A stretch of 64,000 bases of DNA from Octopus sinensis (lineage: Eukaryota), in assembly GCF_006345805.1 (NCBI RefSeq), contig NC_042999.1, forward strand, positions 132,494,001 through 132,558,000, read 5' to 3'. The translations under genes and the position numbers were made by a program. Shown here piece by piece: positions 12,171 through 24,033 of this stretch (the first letter of the stretch is position 1; every line of letters begins with the position of its first letter). The notes beneath the pieces were generated by a model that was not told where the DNA came from, made no database searches, and worked only from the letters and a program-made list of their open reading frames with translations.

Positions 12171-13550
12171 AGGAGAGAGAGAGAGAAAAGAGAGAGAGGG
12201 AGAGAAAGAGAAAGAGAGAGAGATGGTGTCATACATCTTCATTCGTCAGAGGCTGGAACAATTCTTTGATGACCAACTTTGTGTTAGTGCGTTGATGATT
12301 TTCTTGGTTGCGATCCTATGTTACCCTGTGTATACCATTTGCACTTCCAAATCTAAGAACAATATGACATTGTGGCTCTTGAGCGTTGTATTGAGTTGTC
12401 AGGGACTTCAAACCTTCTTTTATGGTGGGCCAATCTTTGGCTACGTTAAATATATATCTTCCCAGGAAAGAATCTCAGTGATATGACTGGCTAGCAGATG
12501 AAGCCTTGTTTAGGGTTTCAGGTTCATGCGCTTCATTTTTGGTTTATGGTTTACGATATTGTTTCCATGATGTGGGTTGTGATTTGGATATTGTGCTGGT
12601 GAAGGAGAAACGATATGGATGACAATATTAGAGAATGGTTTCAATGGCTCGGTTTCTGGAGTTAGTGCAAAGTCAAACGTGACATGTCTAGATTGCATAT
12701 GAATGACGTCTGGCTGCAAAAGGGTAAAGAAGAATAAAGGTTGTATATTGGTGGACGTTGCTGGAGGTGACAGCAAATACACCGTTGATGATTTGGAAGA
12801 AGAATGTTGGAAAGAAAGTCGAAATTCGGTGTGTCCAAGAGCTTATGAAATATGACCGAGCGACACGCATCAGCACACAAACGATGGTGAAATTTGATTC
12901 GATGTTAAAGCTTTAGAGTGGAGTAGCAAGAGGCTGTACCGCCAGTTGTAGCATTTATGCTTAAACTATATTCTAATGTCCTCAGGTGACTGGGTTAGTC
13001 CAAGGATCAAATTTCACCATTGGGTGTGTGCTGATGATTGTCTCTCGGCTATACTTGGACACCCCCAAACACTTGGACACCCCCAATTTCGGATGCAGGG
13101 GAAAGGAAACAAAGAGATGGAGCTATCTCTATTTTTGTTTCTATGCAAATACATATGCTGCGTGTACCTTTCCTTGAAGTCATTGGTTATCATGTCGATG
13201 TAGTGCCTTGTGATGCGTTGGGATGGTATGTGGGTGGCTCTGTAGAGTACTACCCTTGAGAAGCAGGATCCTGGTAGAGGACAGCTAGTATGGCTTCGGA
13301 AATGACAATTTTGTGTTGGTGTTTGTAGGGATATATGTTTGCGCCTACTCTAGAATGTTAATGTTAGAAGCTGTCGCAACCACACTTGCATACATGTGTC
13401 CAGAAACATAAATGTATTCCTTTTTAATTCAATTAGTGTCGCTGGAGTGTCGATCTTACTTCAGACAACACTATGTAACCTGCCTAGACCAATAGCAGTG
13501 CAGGTTCTGGCTGCCATTTTGGATTTTCGGGGTCTCTCTATACAGTAAGG
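11875..13550. repeat. Orphan copy of the upstream flank block of the sushi-gene duplication unit
   Basis: Colinear homology with 20320-21960 and 27620-28570, and in part, inverted, with 35430-36500. Confidence 0.8.
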
Positions 13551-13769
13551 CATGGATGAATTAACTTTAACTTTAATATCCCCCTTCTTATAAATACCAA
13601 GTAGCTATTTAATCCGCTTTGTGATCGTGAGTGCTCTAAACCATACGTGTGCGTATGCTTACATTTTCGCGGATACTTGTATGAGCGAGCGTGCACGCGC
13701 CATGCAACTTGCGCGAAGACGTTTATACATCCATATATGTTAACGGTTATTTCTAATACTTTTCTCGCT

Positions 13770-15260
13770 GTATTGCGTGTTCGTTGCGTGTTCGATCTCT
13801 CATCTCCGCCGCGGTTATCTGTCTCCCGTTTCCTCTCACCTACCACCCCTGCTCCTCCAACGCACCTTTTCCGAGTTTTCCGGCGACTCCAGTCCGACCC
13901 CACCACTTCGCACATATTCCCCAACCTCCCCTACCCGCCCCTCCTTCAAACGAGCCCACAACCTACGTGACCTCCTGGTCCACAGTTTCTTCCCTAACCC
14001 GACCTCCCAGCCTGGCTCGTTCCCCTACTTCCGCCTACGCTGCTGCACTTGCCCCTATTTCCCCAACACCACCATCTTCAGGCACCCATCATCATCCCTA
14101 TCATATCACTGACTCCTTTACATGAACTTCTAGCAACGTCATTTACTGCATCCCCTGCTCTTTCTGTCCTTCTTTGTACATAGGTCAAACGGGACGCCGC
14201 TTGGCTAACCGGTTCGTGGAGCACCCCTGAGACATTAGACTCGGCAACGACACGCCGGTCTCGCGCCATTTCCGCTCTACCGGTCATTCATTACAACATC
14301 TGTGTGTGCTCGGAGTGTCTTTGCACAAGGGCCATCCGGACTCCCATCTTCGCCGTGAACAGGAATTAATTTTCTCTCTTCGCTCCTTTGCGTCACATGG
14401 GCTCAACTCTCCTCCCCTCTTCATCTGACACCCCTCTCTCCTCTCTTCGTCTCACACCTTATTCCTCTCTTCACTCTTACCCACCTCGCCTCTCCTCTTT
14501 TGCCCTGACACCTACTTCCTCTCTTCACTCTTATCCACCTTCTCCCTTCATCGATACCCCTCCATACACACCCCACCTTAACCGCCCACACTCCTACACA
14601 TCCCATCCCCATATATCCCACCCCTACATATCCCACCACCACCACCACATCCCTACACATCCTAACCCCACCCGCACCACCCACATCTACCCCGCATCCT
14701 CACCTCAAACACACACTCCACCCTCACATCCCCACATCCTACACCATCATCACCATACCCCAACACCACCACACCACATACCACCACGCCACATCATACC
14801 ACACCCACCACACACCACCACATTATATCACACCCCTCCGCACACACTAACACTGACCACTTTCCAGCACCCACACCATCATCGAAACACCCACACATTA
14901 CAGACGCACACATTTACACACGCACACATCCACACGTCAGTCACCAGCCCCTATCCACACGCACACATTTACATACTCTCACATACACACGCACGCGCAC
15001 CTTCATTTTGGGATCACCAATACTTTATTATCTCCCCTTCTTCCTAGCTCTCCTGTCTAACTACATTTTGTCCGGCCAGCCGCCATGATTGACCACTAGC
15101 TCCCAAAGTTTTTTTTTATTCTCTCTCTGTTTATTTCATCATGTTCCTTTCAGTTGAAGAGCGTAGGCTCGAAATGTAAAAGACTTTCTTACCTTCCCGA
15201 GCGTCAAAGTAATACATCCGTTTGTTGTTTATACACCAGTCTTGGTTTTTTCTTTTTCTG
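13770..15260 (+). mobile_element. Penelope-like element 3' part (GIY-YIG endonuclease plus terminal repeat region)
   Basis: LTYHP...SFKRAHNLRDLLVHS...TSSNVIYCIPCSFCPSLYIGQTGRRLANRFVEH across frameshifts; terminal motif with hammerhead-like core at 15147. Confidence 0.85.
15147..15182 (+). ncRNA. Variant hammerhead-like motif
   Basis: CTTT-CAGTTGA-A-GAGC GTAG GCTC-GAAA-T-GTA-AAAG; homologues at 30709-30744 (-) and 43592-43627 (+). Confidence 0.45.
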
Positions 15261-15949
15261 TAAATTTCAACTACACACACACACACGCATACACACACAC
15301 ACACACGCGCGCGCGCTACGACTTATTTTTAATACAGTTAGTCGTTGGTAAACATAATGTCGTCATACATGTAGATATTTTTATGATCATATGAGCCCAT
15401 CTCATTTACCTTATTGACATTATTTTGTGCAAACCGAATGAATGATGTATATTCTTTGTTTATATATAACATGTAGGTATACAATTAAATATTGTAACAT
15501 ACAAAATAAGACTCAAGTGAAACAAGCTGATATGTAGATATATAATAGTAATGTAATATTAGTGTTATTGGTGTTATAGAAATAGGTAAACGTACACAAA
15601 TTTGCCTCACCGATTTTCTCACGCCATAACTTACACAAAAATGGATATTGTTCAATGAAATTATCTACAAATATGCTTCGAATCGTGTAGATTCCGACTA
15701 TATCTGAATTTGTGGTGAAAAAAATGTATTTGCTGGGCGTGGAGAGAGGAGATTCAGAAAATACAAACGGATCAACTCTGTTTCCTCATAAGTTTCGGAA
15801 AAGTAGGTATTCTTCAATAGAGATTTCTACAAATACCATTCAGAGAGTGTCGATCACGCTTATATCAGAATTTTGTACGCAAATAAAAAAAATGGTAGGA
15901 TTGGACACATACATAATGCGTGCATTATTGTAGAGGTAGTACAAAGCAG

Positions 15950-16920
15950 AGTGATGTCATACCAGTCAGTCAAGTGGTTTTCTCTGGAGGACGATTAGGG
16001 TGTCTCTGTGCACAACAGCATTACCGTCCAGATGGGAATATATATATTTTGGTTGTGAAGGTTTAAATCAGCTATAAGTAAATGCATTTGCGATGAGAAA
16101 TCCTCGGTGTTGTGAGACATCTATCAGATTGCTGCTCATGTTTTAATGGTGTGAAGTATGATATTTTCCTTTTGATATAAGCAGTTCTGGTACATATTTA
16201 CTGTTGAAAGGGACAAGTTTCTCATCATTCCAAGAAAGGCACGTACGCGGTTTCAGTTCATAGATCATTGTATGTTTGTGTTGCAGTGTCAATGTTATCG
16301 GCCAAGGTCGCGAGGCTGGGGAAAATTGCAGAGGAAGGTAGGACAGTATCATTTACGTAAGAGTTAGACGGAAGGGCAAACAGGTCATAGATGATAAGAA
16401 AGAAGGAGGCAGAGGAAAACTGAATTTCAGAGTACACCAGTATTGCTTGAGTGTGAGAGAGGAAGATCTCCGTCAACATGCAGCGCGATGATGGGATGCG
16501 ATAGAATCTATCTATCAGATCCCAACGTTTAAGATTTGAGAATGCCGAAGTATATCGACTGAAAGTTTCGAAATGAGATTCACATGCCAGAATCAGTCTA
16601 AAGCTTTGCTGATATCAAGGGTAACGACATTGCTTTCTCAAATGCATTGGCGAACGATGTAGGAATTTATTCCTGTCACCCTATTGGATATGGTTCTACA
16701 GAAGTGCCCACGACCGTTGCTTGGCAACTGACGTAAGCTGATGCGATGTCTAGTGACTGAAACTGTTTGCCGTCGAAGAGATATTTTAACCAGAATAACT
16801 GGAATTGTTAAATTTAATGAGACACAGTGGCAATGCATGAGAAACGTGGCCACAGAAGCATAGAAACATGACGAAATTAGGGGAACTTTATAGCAGGGCA
16901 GAGCATACTATAAAGAAATG
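15950..16920 (-). mobile_element. Decayed CR1/jockey-type LINE RT fragment (part of the duplicated unit)
   Basis: Minus strand LDISKALD motif near 16600-16620; paralogous segments at 22230-23060, 32380-32700 and inverted at 44990-45320. Confidence 0.7.
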
Positions 16921-17244
16921 CATATATATGCATACGCACATACACGTACATACGCGCGCACGCAAGCAGACACACACACAAACACACACACGTACACACA
17001 CACAATAAATGCACACGAGTAGGCACACACCCACATATAAACATAGGGTGTTTTAAATATACACACATATACAATCACATATACAGGTATACACTTGCTT
17101 CGGCCTACTAGCCTACCTCGGACTGTCTGTTTAAGGCGAGCAGGCCGAAACTTCAAAGTCGCTGTCAACAATCTTCGTGTAGAAGTATAAAACAATCTTG
17201 AGTTATCCTTCACTGTAATGTAAAATACTTGATATAAAAACATT

Positions 17245-17500
17245 TGTATGTATGTATGTATGTATGTATGTATGTATGTATGTATGTATGTATGTATGTA
17301 TGTATGTATGTATGTATGCATGCATGCATGCATGTATGTATGTATGTATGTATGTATGTATGTATGTATGTGTGTATGTATGTGTGTATGTATGTATGTA
17401 TATATGTATATACGTATGTATGTATGTATGTATGTGTATGTATGTGTGTGTGTATGTATGTATGTATATTTGTATATATGTATATATGTGTGTATATATG

Positions 17501-17534
<34 letters not shown>

Positions 17535-17580
17535 TGTATGTATGTATGTATGTACGTATGTATGTACGTATGTATGTATT
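17245..17580. repeat. (TATG)n microsatellite
   Basis: Direct reading. Confidence 0.98.
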
Positions 17581-18282
17581 CATGTGTGCATATATGAATA
17601 TACACATATATAATATATACATATCTCTCTCTATATATACATACACACACACGCACACACACATATATACACGTATATATATATCTGTGTATATAAACAT
17701 ATGTATATACACATACATATGTAAATGCTTGTATGTATGTGAAGTTCTATATAGAAACAACGTAGCATTAAACTGAATAATTATTCAATACATTGACATA
17801 ATAAACGTTTATTAAACATTTGTAAAGACGAGTTTTATTTAATCTTTCCTTTAAGTCATATGCAGAGAAAACAAAAAGCTGTTTTAACGAAACCATCACC
17901 CGGTTTACGTAATAATCTTGACATCCAACCCATTTAAACTTAAATCAGGTTCTGTTCACATCTAATACAAAGTGTGTATGGAGTACATTTATATTTTCGT
18001 TCCAAAACATTAAAAAAAAAAATATTATCGCTCCTGCGGGGTTGAACATTGTCAAATTAAACAAAATTTGTGCATAAATATGTAAGGAAAATAATTCAAT
18101 TCCAGTAATTATAGTTTATAAAAGGTGGCGAAAATACAAAGCAGAATTGCTTCACTTACATTGCTATAGTTCTTTAGGTAAATGTGGAATATATTCCATT
18201 CCATTTCAAAACAAATTATGCATGCATATATATGTTTGTGAATACGAAAAAGCTTCAGGCACGGAGTACTTTGGTATTACAG

Positions 18283-19758
18283 TCAATAACACCTCAAACC
18301 ACAACAACTTCTATGGACTAGCCTAAAATCTATTTCTGACGTGGCATTGTTAAAATGCACAGTAACACAATTAAAGTTGTTACATGTAATTTTTTCACAA
18401 CCTATATCAAGGAAGCCAAAATATATGCAAGTATATTTTGAGGTACAAATCGACGCTGATGAATATTTTTTGTAATGAAGCATGCCCTTTTTCAGCGAAA
18501 TATAATTTGTATTAATATATGAACAGATTGGTCGCGGACTCAAGACACCATTATTACAAGTAACATTTCCGTTAGAATTTCTCGTGTAATTGGCGCGACA
18601 TGAATAAGTAATATTCGTATTTTGTGGAATTAAGCTACCAAACGGAAGATATTGCAAATTGTCTGAATAACGGTAGCTATATATGCCAAATTCGGGTAAC
18701 AGTTGACAGCTCTTCACACACCTTGGAAGTGTTCCATTCCAAGTTCCATTTTCTAAACAGGTCCTTTTAGAATCTCCCAACAATGTTTCTCCTGCTGAAC
18801 AGCTGTATTCAATAACTGAAGAATTATGTAACAAAATAAAGTTTAATCCACTTTGTGTCTCAATTGTACACGATTTTCTGCACTGCATGTCTGGGTACCA
18901 TTTACCTAACAAGCATTGAACGGCACCAAACGCAACTGGAATGAAAGATCGTTTGCAAGAATATATCACTTTTCTTCCTTCATTAATTAATGTTCTGGGT
19001 TTTAAAATTGTATCTTCAGAAATAGTCACCACTCTGCCAGCAATTTCTGGTACAAAGCATTTCAACGTGCAGACAGGTGTTGCAAAGTTCCATTCACCAT
19101 CTTGAAGACAAGTTAACACTGATTCACCTTTCAGGTTATATGGTTTTGAGCAACTGAAAGAAATGGTTTCGTTAATTTTAACTTCATTTGTATTGTTAAC
19201 ACTGCCATTTTTCGGTGGATGCGGTGGGAGACATTTTGTAGTTTCACAAACTGGTGGTAGAGACGTCCACTGCTGATTTTCTTGACAACGTATTGTAGTG
19301 TTTCCTCGCATAGAATAACCAGAAAAGCATGAGAAGTAAACAACAGAGTTATATGTGTATGCAACATTGGTTAAGATACTGTGAGCAGGTTTATGAAAAA
19401 TTGGGCAGGCTGTTAACTTACATTTTATATCTTGATACTTCCATTTACCATTCAGACAAACAACGTCAGTCGTATTCCGTTGGCTTGCTCGAAAATAGCG
19501 ATTGCACTTTTGTTCCAGATATATTTTTTGTTCTTCCCACTTTATGATATATTGTATTCTACCGTTGTGTAATTTTGGTAAAGGACCACAGTTTAAGAAA
19601 TTTATCACTTGTTTAAGAAGCCACGGAGAAATGATTTTATCTGATGCAGTGGTATTATCATATTCCGACAAAATATTTTGCATAATATTAAATGCATTAT
19701 TTTCACTTTTCACTGTGAATATAATTAAAGAAAGAAAATAGAAAGATCTGAATATCAT
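18283..19758 (-). CDS. Secreted six-sushi (CCP/SCR) protein with C-terminal 8-Cys domain, copy 1 (491 aa, intronless, intact)
   Basis: ATG start, hydrophobic N-terminus MIFRSFYFLSLIIFTVKS; six 4-Cys modules (aa 57-113, 118-171, 176-230, 234-293, 297-347, 351-412), with the Trp between Cys3 and Cys4 in the first five; many NxS/T sequons; no TM segment; terminal C-x5-C-x9-C-x4-C-x4-C-x20-CC-x3-C. Confidence 0.9.
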   Translation of the reverse strand: MIFRSFYFLSLIIFTVKSENNAFNIMQNILSEYDNTTASDKIISPWLLKQVINFLNCGPLPKLHNGRIQYIIKWEEQKIYLEQKCNRYFRASQRNTTDVVCLNGKWKYQDIKCKLTACPIFHKPAHSILTNVAYTYNSVVYFSCFSGYSMRGNTTIRCQENQQWTSLPPVCETTKCLPPHPPKNGSVNNTNEVKINETISFSCSKPYNLKGESVLTCLQDGEWNFATPVCTLKCFVPEIAGRVVTISEDTILKPRTLINEGRKVIYSCKRSFIPVAFGAVQCLLGKWYPDMQCRKSCTIETQSGLNFILLHNSSVIEYSCSAGETLLGDSKRTCLENGTWNGTLPRCVKSCQLLPEFGIYSYRYSDNLQYLPFGSLIPQNTNITYSCRANYTRNSNGNVTCNNGVLSPRPICSYINTNYISLKKGMLHYKKYSSASICTSKYTCIYFGFLDIGCEKITCNNFNCVTVHFNNATSEIDFRLVHRSCCGLRCY

Positions 19759-19896
19759 TTTCTGAATTTTGATGGTAAACTTTTCGTGAAAAATTTACAA
19801 AATTATTGTACTTAAAGTATAAGTGTTAGTGATTCTTTTACAGTCGAGATAGCAGGCAGTTCGTCGACTCCACAAGGAAAAAATAAGAAACATGAA

Positions 19897-19936
19897 TATT
19901 TATAGTAGGAGGGGTTTGAAGATTAGTTGATTGGCT
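19897..19936 (-). promoter_or_regulatory. Putative core promoter of copy 1 (CCAAT and TATA boxes)
   Basis: Minus strand AGCCAATCA (CCAAT at 19930-19934) and TATAAATA (19897-19904), ~140 bp upstream of the ATG; conserved in copy 2, TATA also in copy 3. Confidence 0.55.
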
Positions 19937-20289
19937 GTTTTAATTTGAATATTAAATGTGACTTAGGTTATAGTAGTAAAAAAATCATTGAATAGCAGTA
20001 AGCGTATTTACATAAATTACATGCATTGCATTAGATAAACACACACACACACACACCACACACACACACACACACGCACGCATACACACACACGCACGCA
20101 TACACACATACGCGCACACACATACACAGACACGCACGAACGCACACATACACACACATACTACATATGATGAAACATATGGCTTCGAAGTTTAAAATAT
20201 TAATATTCCCAGGGCAAATAGAATAAATGCACAATGCAAAGAAGATCGAGTGCACATGAATATCTGCAAGATAAAATCTGTAGATACAT

Positions 20290-20562
20290 TCTTCTATATT
20301 GTGCTGGTCTAAGAGAGGGTTTTGAGCGGTCGCAAGTTCACGGCGGCAGGAAAATCATTGGTGAGAATTCCTGTAGGCAGAATAATGGAAGTGCTTGACA
20401 TTATGTTTAGTGCTGGCTAGAAATGATGGACATAATTTGGTGACGAGAGGAAGCAAAATACGTAAATTGGAAGTGTTTGAGTGGACGTAAGACAAGGCGA
20501 TTACAAGACAAAGAAGGTGAGAGAGAAGAGAGAGAAGAGAAGGTACGGTGAGGAGAGAGAAC

Positions 20563-20594
<32 letters not shown>

Positions 20595-20605
20595 GATAGA
20601 GATAG

Positions 20606-20667
<62 letters not shown>

Positions 20668-21960
20668 TGTGTGAGAGGGTGATGTTGTCATATAACTCGT
20701 CCGTTAGTCAGCAGTTGAAAGAATTCTTTGATAAGCAACTTTGTGTGTCAGTGGGTTGATCATTTTCTTGGATGGTGTATACGGTGTACACCATTTACAC
20801 CGTCCCAAATCTATGAACAATACGATATTATGGCTTGCGCGTGTGCGTTGTACTGAGTTGTCAGGGTCTGCAAGACTCGTTTTTGGTGTGCTAATCTTTG
20901 GCTGCGTTAAAGATATACGCCTCCGGGAAAGGTTATCAATGACGTGATTGGCCTAGCAGATGAAGCCATGTTAAGAGTTTTAGTTCCATGTTCTCCGTTT
21001 TTGGTTTATAGTGTGCTATGTTGTTTCCCTGATGAATATTGTGATTTGGATATTGTGCTGGTTAAGGAGAAACGATATGGATGACAATATTAGAGAATGG
21101 TTTCGATGACTCGGTTCCTGGAGTCCGTGGAAAGTTAAACCTGACGTCATATGAATGACGTCTGGCTACAAAAGGTAAGGAAGAATAAAGGTTGTATATT
21201 AGTAGACGTCGTTGATAATTAGAAGAATGTTGAAAAGAAAACCGAAATTGGGTATGTCAAAATGATTATGAAATATGGGCGTGCGACGCCCATCAGCTCA
21301 CACCCGATGGTGAAATTTGATTCGTTTCTACCGCTCTAGAGTGAGGCAGCTAGAGGATGTACCGTTAGCGGAAGCAATTTTGCTTAGACTATTATCCAGT
21401 ATAATCAGGTGATTGAGTTAGCAGAAGGGTCAAATTTCCCTATTGGGTATTTGCAGATGGGTGTCTCTCGGCCATAGTTTACAAACTCTTGGACGCCTCC
21501 AGTTTCGGCTGTTGAGGAAACGATACAAAGAGATGAACTTGTCTCTATCTTTGTATCTATATGAAAGCATGTCCTGCGTGTACCTTTACTTGAAGGCATT
21601 GGTTATCATGCCGGTCTAGTGTCTTGCGACGCAATGCGGCTGTGTGTAGGTGGCTCAGAAGACTACATCACTTGAGAGGGCAGCTGGTATAGTTTCGGAA
21701 TTTACAATTTTGTGTTGGAGATTGCATGCTTGCGTCTACTCTAAACTACAATGGTAGAAGCTGTTGCAAACCACACTTGCATACATATGTCATGCTTGCA
21801 AGCATAATAAATACTAGAAGCATGAATTTATTGGTTTTTAATGCATTTGGTGTCGCTGGAATGTCGATCTTACTTTAGACACTCTATGTAATCCGCCTTG
21901 ACTAACAGCAGTGCAGGTTCCGGTTGCCGCTTTGAATTTCCAGCATCTCTTCATACAGTT
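20290..21960. repeat. Upstream flank block of copy 1 (decayed element with GIY-YIG-like motif and internal inverted duplication)
   Basis: Homologous to 11875-13550 and 27580-28570; consensus minus-strand reading RHYxGMxTNAFKERYTQH resembles a PLE GIY-YIG segment. Confidence 0.6.
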
Positions 21961-22229
21961 AAGTAAGCCCGTTACTGCAAGAAGTTATTGTGTGTGTGAA
22001 TGCGTTCATAAATTATAATTTTTATTACTCTCTCTCTATAAAAAAAAGGCATTATCATGTTCCCATCAGGTCTATAGATGTGATGAGAAAGTTATTTGAC
22101 ATACATGTCCAGGGCCGCAATGTGAGAACTTGTTATATATACATTTATAAAACATGCATGAAAAAAAATAATTACAGATAAAACATTAAAATAATAGAAT
22201 TATCATTATTTCTAAATCTCCCAAAGTTC

Positions 22230-23060
22230 TTTTAAGTAAAGGCTATTTGCCGACATAATGTGGTTGTGCAGGACAGTCACATTATGTTGGCAAATGTGAA
22301 GTCTGATGTTTTCCTTTTGATATGGCCAGTCCTCGTGTATATTTACTATTGGAAGGGACAAGTTTCGATTGACTCCAACTGAAGATACGTGCGCGGTCTC
22401 AGTTTATAAATTGTACGTTTATGTTGCGATGTCAATATTATTGGTAGAAGTTGAGCTGCTGGGTAAAACTTCTAGAGGAATGAAGGATAGTATCATTTGT
22501 ATAAGTGTTGAATGGAAGGACAAATAAGTCATATATGATAAGAAATAAGGGAGCAAGGGATACATTGAACTTTGGAGCACACCAGTATTGTTTGAGTGTG
22601 ATAGAGGAAGATCTTCGTTAACATGCAACGGAATGGCGCGATGTGATAAGAAGCTGCCAGAACCCAACGTCTAAGATTTGAGAAAGTACCGAAGCGTATA
22701 GACTAGAAGTTTCGAAATGAGACTCACGTACCAGAAAAAGTCTCAAGTTTTGCTAGTGTCAAGGCCAACGACATTGCCTTCTCAAATGGATTGTTGAACG
22801 ATAAATGAGTGTCGACCTGTCACCCTAGTGGAAACGGTCCTACAGAAGTGCCAGTGATTGTTGTTTGGCAACTGATGTAAGTTGATATCAGGATTAGTAA
22901 CCGAAACAGTTTGTCGCCGAAGTGATATTTTAACCATTTAAGAAAAACGGGAACTGTTAAGTTTAATGCGACGCAGGAGAATTGTAAAAGAAACGATGTC
23001 ACAGAAGCATAGAAGCATGACGAAAATCGTGGGAACTTTATAGCAGAGCATACAATAAAG
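22230..23060 (-). mobile_element. CR1/jockey-type LINE RT fragment paralogous to 15950-16920
   Basis: Colinear similarity including the shared end CAGAAGCATAGAAGCATGACGAAA. Confidence 0.7.
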
Positions 23061-23068
23061 ATATATAT

Positions 23069-23101
<33 letters not shown>

Positions 23102-23105
23102 TATA

Positions 23106-23872
23106 TGTATATTGGCAGGGCTGGCCTGCTAGGTAGCCGGCCAGAATGCTAGAAGAAGATCATCAACGATCAAACTACAAGGGAAATTCTCTAGAGGAAG
23201 AATTCAGCGAACACCAGAACCAAATTTGGCGGGCAGGACATATGAAAAATTAAATAAAAAACAGACTTAAATGCATACCTCGGTTTCGGTCTTAACAAAA
23301 GAATTACTTGCATAATTCAAGTGTCCGTGACTTCATCAGTACATTCGGTCCTCGAGATGCAAACCGCAAGACTAACCCCAGCTCTCTGTGTCAAGACAGA
23401 CACGTGCTTAGTCTTACTGATTACATCGGGAATAAAATTTCAAATGTCTTGGTTCTGGCGCGCTAAGAGACTCCTGAAGCGAAGGGCTGCAGTGAATAAT
23501 TCACTGCAGGTAATGCTTACAACTAGGGAACGTATTTATTTAAATATTTAAAAATTGAGGGAGATAAATTAATATTACTTTTAATTTTAATATCAATTTA
23601 AAACCAGTAGTCCAGCATTTTTCATATGTCCTGCCCGCCAAATTTGGTTCTGGTGTTCGCTGAATTCTTCCTCTAGAGAATTTCCCTTGTAGTTTGATCG
23701 TTGATGATCTTCTTCTAGCATTCTGGCCGGCTACCTAGCAGGCCAGCCCTGCCAATATACACATATATTTGAATTTTCTCTGACTCCTCAGATTTTTTGA
23801 ATGCTGGACTACTGGTTTTAAATTGATATTAAAATAAAAGTAATATTAATTTATCTCCCTCAATTTTTAAAA
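23106..23872. mobile_element. Interleaved inverted-repeat element (Penelope-like terminal region) containing a hammerhead motif
   Basis: 23106-23250 is the near-perfect reverse complement of 23617-23761; 23547-23620 is the reverse complement of 23800-23872. Confidence 0.7.
23271..23344 (-). ncRNA. Type I hammerhead ribozyme motif
   Basis: Minus strand: stem I ATGTA/TGCAT, CTGATGA, stem II GTC/GAC with inner hairpin ACTTG/CAAGT, GAAAC-CGAG-GTA cleavage triplet. Confidence 0.65.
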
Positions 23873-23883
23873 ATTTATATATA

Positions 23884-23932
<49 letters not shown>

Positions 23933-23999
23933 TGCATGTATATGTATTGTATGTATGTATGTATGTATGTATGTATGTATGTATGTATGCATGTGTGTG

Positions 24000-24033
<34 letters not shown>

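Noticed and set aside
14388-15047. 219-aa His/Pro/Thr-rich ORF
   Set aside because: Low-complexity (CAC/CCA) tract inside the PLE 3' region.
17203-17776. YIHT/MYVC repeat ORFs (also 40673-41492, 51485-52063, 60115-60782)
   Set aside because: Translations of (TATG)n microsatellites.
18283-19758. Naming the gene CFH, SVEP1, CSMD or cephalotoxin
   Set aside because: Only the CCP modules are shared; domain count and other domains do not match, so no symbol is given.
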